Shown: positions 30,141 through 32,000 of the stretch, in pieces
Layout: each line of letters begins with the position of its first letter
How positions within the stretch are numbered: position 1 is the first letter of the stretch
From: Geobacter sulfurreducens PCA
GTDB taxonomy: Bacteria > Desulfobacterota > Desulfuromonadia > Geobacterales > Geobacteraceae
DNA length: 32,000 nucleotides
Direction of reading: 5' to 3'
Assembly: GCF_000007985.2 (NCBI RefSeq)
Contig: NC_002939.5
Span: 3,330,001-3,362,000 of the forward strand
The notes under the pieces: model-generated
The model's database searches: none
What the model was told of the DNA's origin: nothing
What the model saw: the letters and a program-made list of their open reading frames with translations, nothing else
Program-made: the position numbers and the translations under genes

Positions 30141-31553
30141 TCACCGCCTGTTCAGCCAGTCGTGGATCGCGGCAGCCGCCTGCTTCCCATCGCCCATGGC
30201 AAGGATTACCGTGGCGCCCCCTCGCACGATGTCGCCACCGGCATAGACGCCGGCAACGCTCGTGGCACCGTTGTCATCGGTGGCGATGTTGCCCCACCGG
30301 TTCAGTTTAAGTTCCGGCGCCGTGGCGGTCAGGAGCGGATTGGCCCGGGTACCGACGGCATTCACCACCACATCCACGGCAATGTCGTATGCGGAACCTT
30401 CCACCGGCACCGGTGATCGGCGTCCCGACGAATCGGGCGCGCCCAGCTCCATTCGCAGGCAGCGCAGGGTGGCCACCCACCCGTCCTTGTCGCCCCCGAT
30501 GGCGATGGGGGCTGTCAGCATTACGAACTCGACCCCTTCCTCCTTGGCGTGCTTGATCTCCTCCACCCGGGCCGGCATCTGCTCCTCGCTCCTGCGGTAG
30601 ATGATCATGGCCCGCTCGGCGCCCAGACGGCGAGCGGTTCGGACGCAGTCCATGGCGGTGTTGCCCCCGCCGATGACGGCCACGCGCTTACCGGCAATGA
30701 TGGGAGTGGTGGAGCCGGGGTCGCGGCCGGCCCCCATGAGGTTAACCCGGGTCAGGTATTCGTTGGCGGAATAGACCCCCTTGAGATTCTCGCCCGGGAT
30801 GGAGAGCATCACCGGCAGGCCGGCGCCATTGGCGATGAATACCGCGTCGAATTCTTCCCGCAGCTGGGCGAGGGTCAGCGTCTTGCCGATGATGACATTG
30901 CACTCAACCGTCACCCCCAGTGCAAGAAGCCGCGCCACCTCGGCATCGATAATGGTTTTGGGCAGGCGGAACTCCGGAATGCCGTAGCGAAGCACCCCGC
31001 CCGTGTCGTGGAGCGCCTCGAAGATAGTCACGCCATGTCCCTTGCGGGCCAACTCCCCGGCGGCAGTCAATCCGGCCGGACCACAGCCGACCACTGCCAC
31101 CCGCCTGCCTGTTGGCGGCGGCAGCGGCTCGTCACCGAGCTCGGCGACATTGGCCGTGGCCCAGTCCGCCACAAAACGCTCCAGATACCCGATGGCCACG
31201 GGCTCTCCCTTGATCCCACGCACGCACCTGGCCTCGCATTGGGTTTCCTGGGGACAGACCCGGCCACACACGGCAGGCAACGCATTGTCCCTGGTCAGGA
31301 TCCGGGCAGCCTCCCTGAGGTTGCCGTCGGCCAGGGCCGTGATAAATTCCGGGATCGACACCCCCACGGGACAGCCTGCCACGCACTGGCGGTTCGTGCA
31401 GCGAATGCAGCGCTGGGCCTCGCGCACGGCCTCCTCCGGGGTGAGGCCCCGGTTCACTTCGTCAAAATTTCGGCTGCGGCTGTCGGCATCGAGTTCGACC
31501 ATGTGGACCCGGTCAATGGCCAATCGCTCTCTGGTGGTCATACCCGTGCTCAT
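30141..31553 (-). CDS. GltD-family NAD(P)H-dependent FAD/Fe-S oxidoreductase, large subunit (NfnB/SudA/glutamate synthase small-chain-like)
   Basis: Fe-S cysteine clusters CIRCTNRQCVAGCPVG and CGRVCPQETQCEARC. Dinucleotide folds VAVVGCGPAGLTAAGELARKGHGVTIFE and VAVIGGGNTAMDC. The start is set at the ATG at 31553, preceded by AAGGAGG and overlapping the upstream stop (ATGA); the 56 upstream codons of the track ORF are R/G-rich. Confidence 0.85.
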   Translation of the reverse strand: MSTGMTTRERLAIDRVHMVELDADSRSRNFDEVNRGLTPEEAVREAQRCIRCTNRQCVAGCPVGVSIPEFITALADGNLREAARILTRDNALPAVCGRVCPQETQCEARCVRGIKGEPVAIGYLERFVADWATANVAELGDEPLPPPTGRRVAVVGCGPAGLTAAGELARKGHGVTIFEALHDTGGVLRYGIPEFRLPKTIIDAEVARLLALGVTVECNVIIGKTLTLAQLREEFDAVFIANGAGLPVMLSIPGENLKGVYSANEYLTRVNLMGAGRDPGSTTPIIAGKRVAVIGGGNTAMDCVRTARRLGAERAMIIYRRSEEQMPARVEEIKHAKEEGVEFVMLTAPIAIGGDKDGWVATLRCLRMELGAPDSSGRRSPVPVEGSAYDIAVDVVVNAVGTRANPLLTATAPELKLNRWGNIATDDNGATSVAGVYAGGDIVRGGATVILAMGDGKQAAAAIHDWLNRR

Positions 31554-32000
31554 GCGACCTCCTTTCCGGCGACCCGGCAGACGTGACTGGCCTCGGACTC
31601 GCGATAGGTTGCCAGCCGATCGGCCAGGTTGTCGAAATCCACCAGATGGCCGTCGAATTCCGGACCATCCACACAGGCGAACTTTGCTTCGCCTCCCACC
31701 AGAACCCGGCACCCGCCGCACATGCCGGTACCGTCGATCATGATCGGGTTGAGGCTCACCACCGTTTCGATGCCGTGGGGACGGGTCAATTCGGCAACCG
31801 CCCTCATCATCGGCACAGGCCCCACGGCAAAGACCGCACCGGGCCGTCGCGCCGGATCGGCCACGAGCCCCTCCAGAGGTTGGGTCACGAATCCCTGAAC
31901 GCCCAGACTTCCGTCCTCGGTCGTTACCAGAAGTTCCCGGGACAGGGCGCCCAGTTCATCCGCGAGGATGATGTACCGGGCCGATCTGCCTCCGATGATG
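31550..32000 (-). CDS. PyrK-like FAD/[2Fe-2S] electron-transfer subunit (NfnA/SudB-like), N-terminus beyond the window
   Basis: The frame is open to base 32000 (...IIGGRSARYIILADELGALSRELLVTTEDGSLGVQGFVTQPLE...). The C-terminal 2Fe-2S motif is DGTGMCGGCRV...KFACVDGPEF. It is translationally coupled to the GltD-like gene. Confidence 0.7.
   Translation of the reverse strand, partial: IIGGRSARYIILADELGALSRELLVTTEDGSLGVQGFVTQPLEGLVADPARRPGAVFAVGPVPMMRAVAELTRPHGIETVVSLNPIMIDGTGMCGGCRVLVGGEAKFACVDGPEFDGHLVDFDNLADRLATYRESEASHVCRVAGKEVA

Noticed and set aside
29941-30246. 101-aa plus-strand ORF (TTG start) between flhA and the oxidoreductase genes
   Set aside because: It has no SD, reads straight through the bidirectional terminator hairpin, and then runs antisense into the GltD-like gene. 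The translation is low-complexity.
1-32000. Search for CRISPR arrays, tRNA or rRNA genes, IS elements, transposases, integrases and toxin-antitoxin or defence genes
   Set aside because: I saw no direct-repeat/spacer arrays, no cloverleaf-like conserved tRNA segments in the spacers, and no ORFs with transposase, integrase or defence-system motifs. GC content looks uniform apart from short AT-rich promoter patches.

Overview
GC-rich flagellar and motility locus with the gene content and order expected of a Geobacter-like deltaproteobacterium (Desulfuromonadota). I found no rRNA, tRNA, CRISPR array or mobile element. Plus strand: a 5'-truncated GT9 glycosyltransferase, then flbD-motA-motB. A non-flagellar insert follows: a minus-strand amidohydrolase plus an MFS(LplT)/PlsC/acyl-ACP-synthetase triple fusion, divergent from a receiver-less sigma54 enhancer-binding protein. 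The rest is minus strand. One long early operon runs flhA-flhF-flhG-fliA-flgF-flgG-flgA-flgH-flgI. A late operon runs flgJ(rod-binding only)-flgM-flgN-flgK-flgL-csrA-fliW. fliC is monocistronic. A further late operon is fliD-fliS-fliT-like-hypothetical-PilZ-CgeB-like glycosyltransferase. The right edge carries an NfnAB/SudAB-like oxidoreductase pair. Promoters can be read directly: a perfect sigma54 promoter before flhA, tandem sigma54 and sigma28 promoters before flgJ/flgM, and sigma28 promoters before flbD, fliC and fliD. Findings worth follow-up: (1) a covarying stem element present in both the flgA-flgH and flgH-flgI spacers; (2) a fliC leader with two CsrA-type GGA sites; (3) an orphan sigma28-type promoter facing a bidirectional terminator, which is a candidate sRNA; (4) an uncharacterised hypothetical/PilZ/glycosyltransferase tail on the fliD operon; (5) a possible sigma54-controlled lysophospholipid-recycling operon embedded in the locus. 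Many long alternative-frame ORFs in the track are GC-content artefacts. All family assignments come from motif recognition by eye, not from searches.
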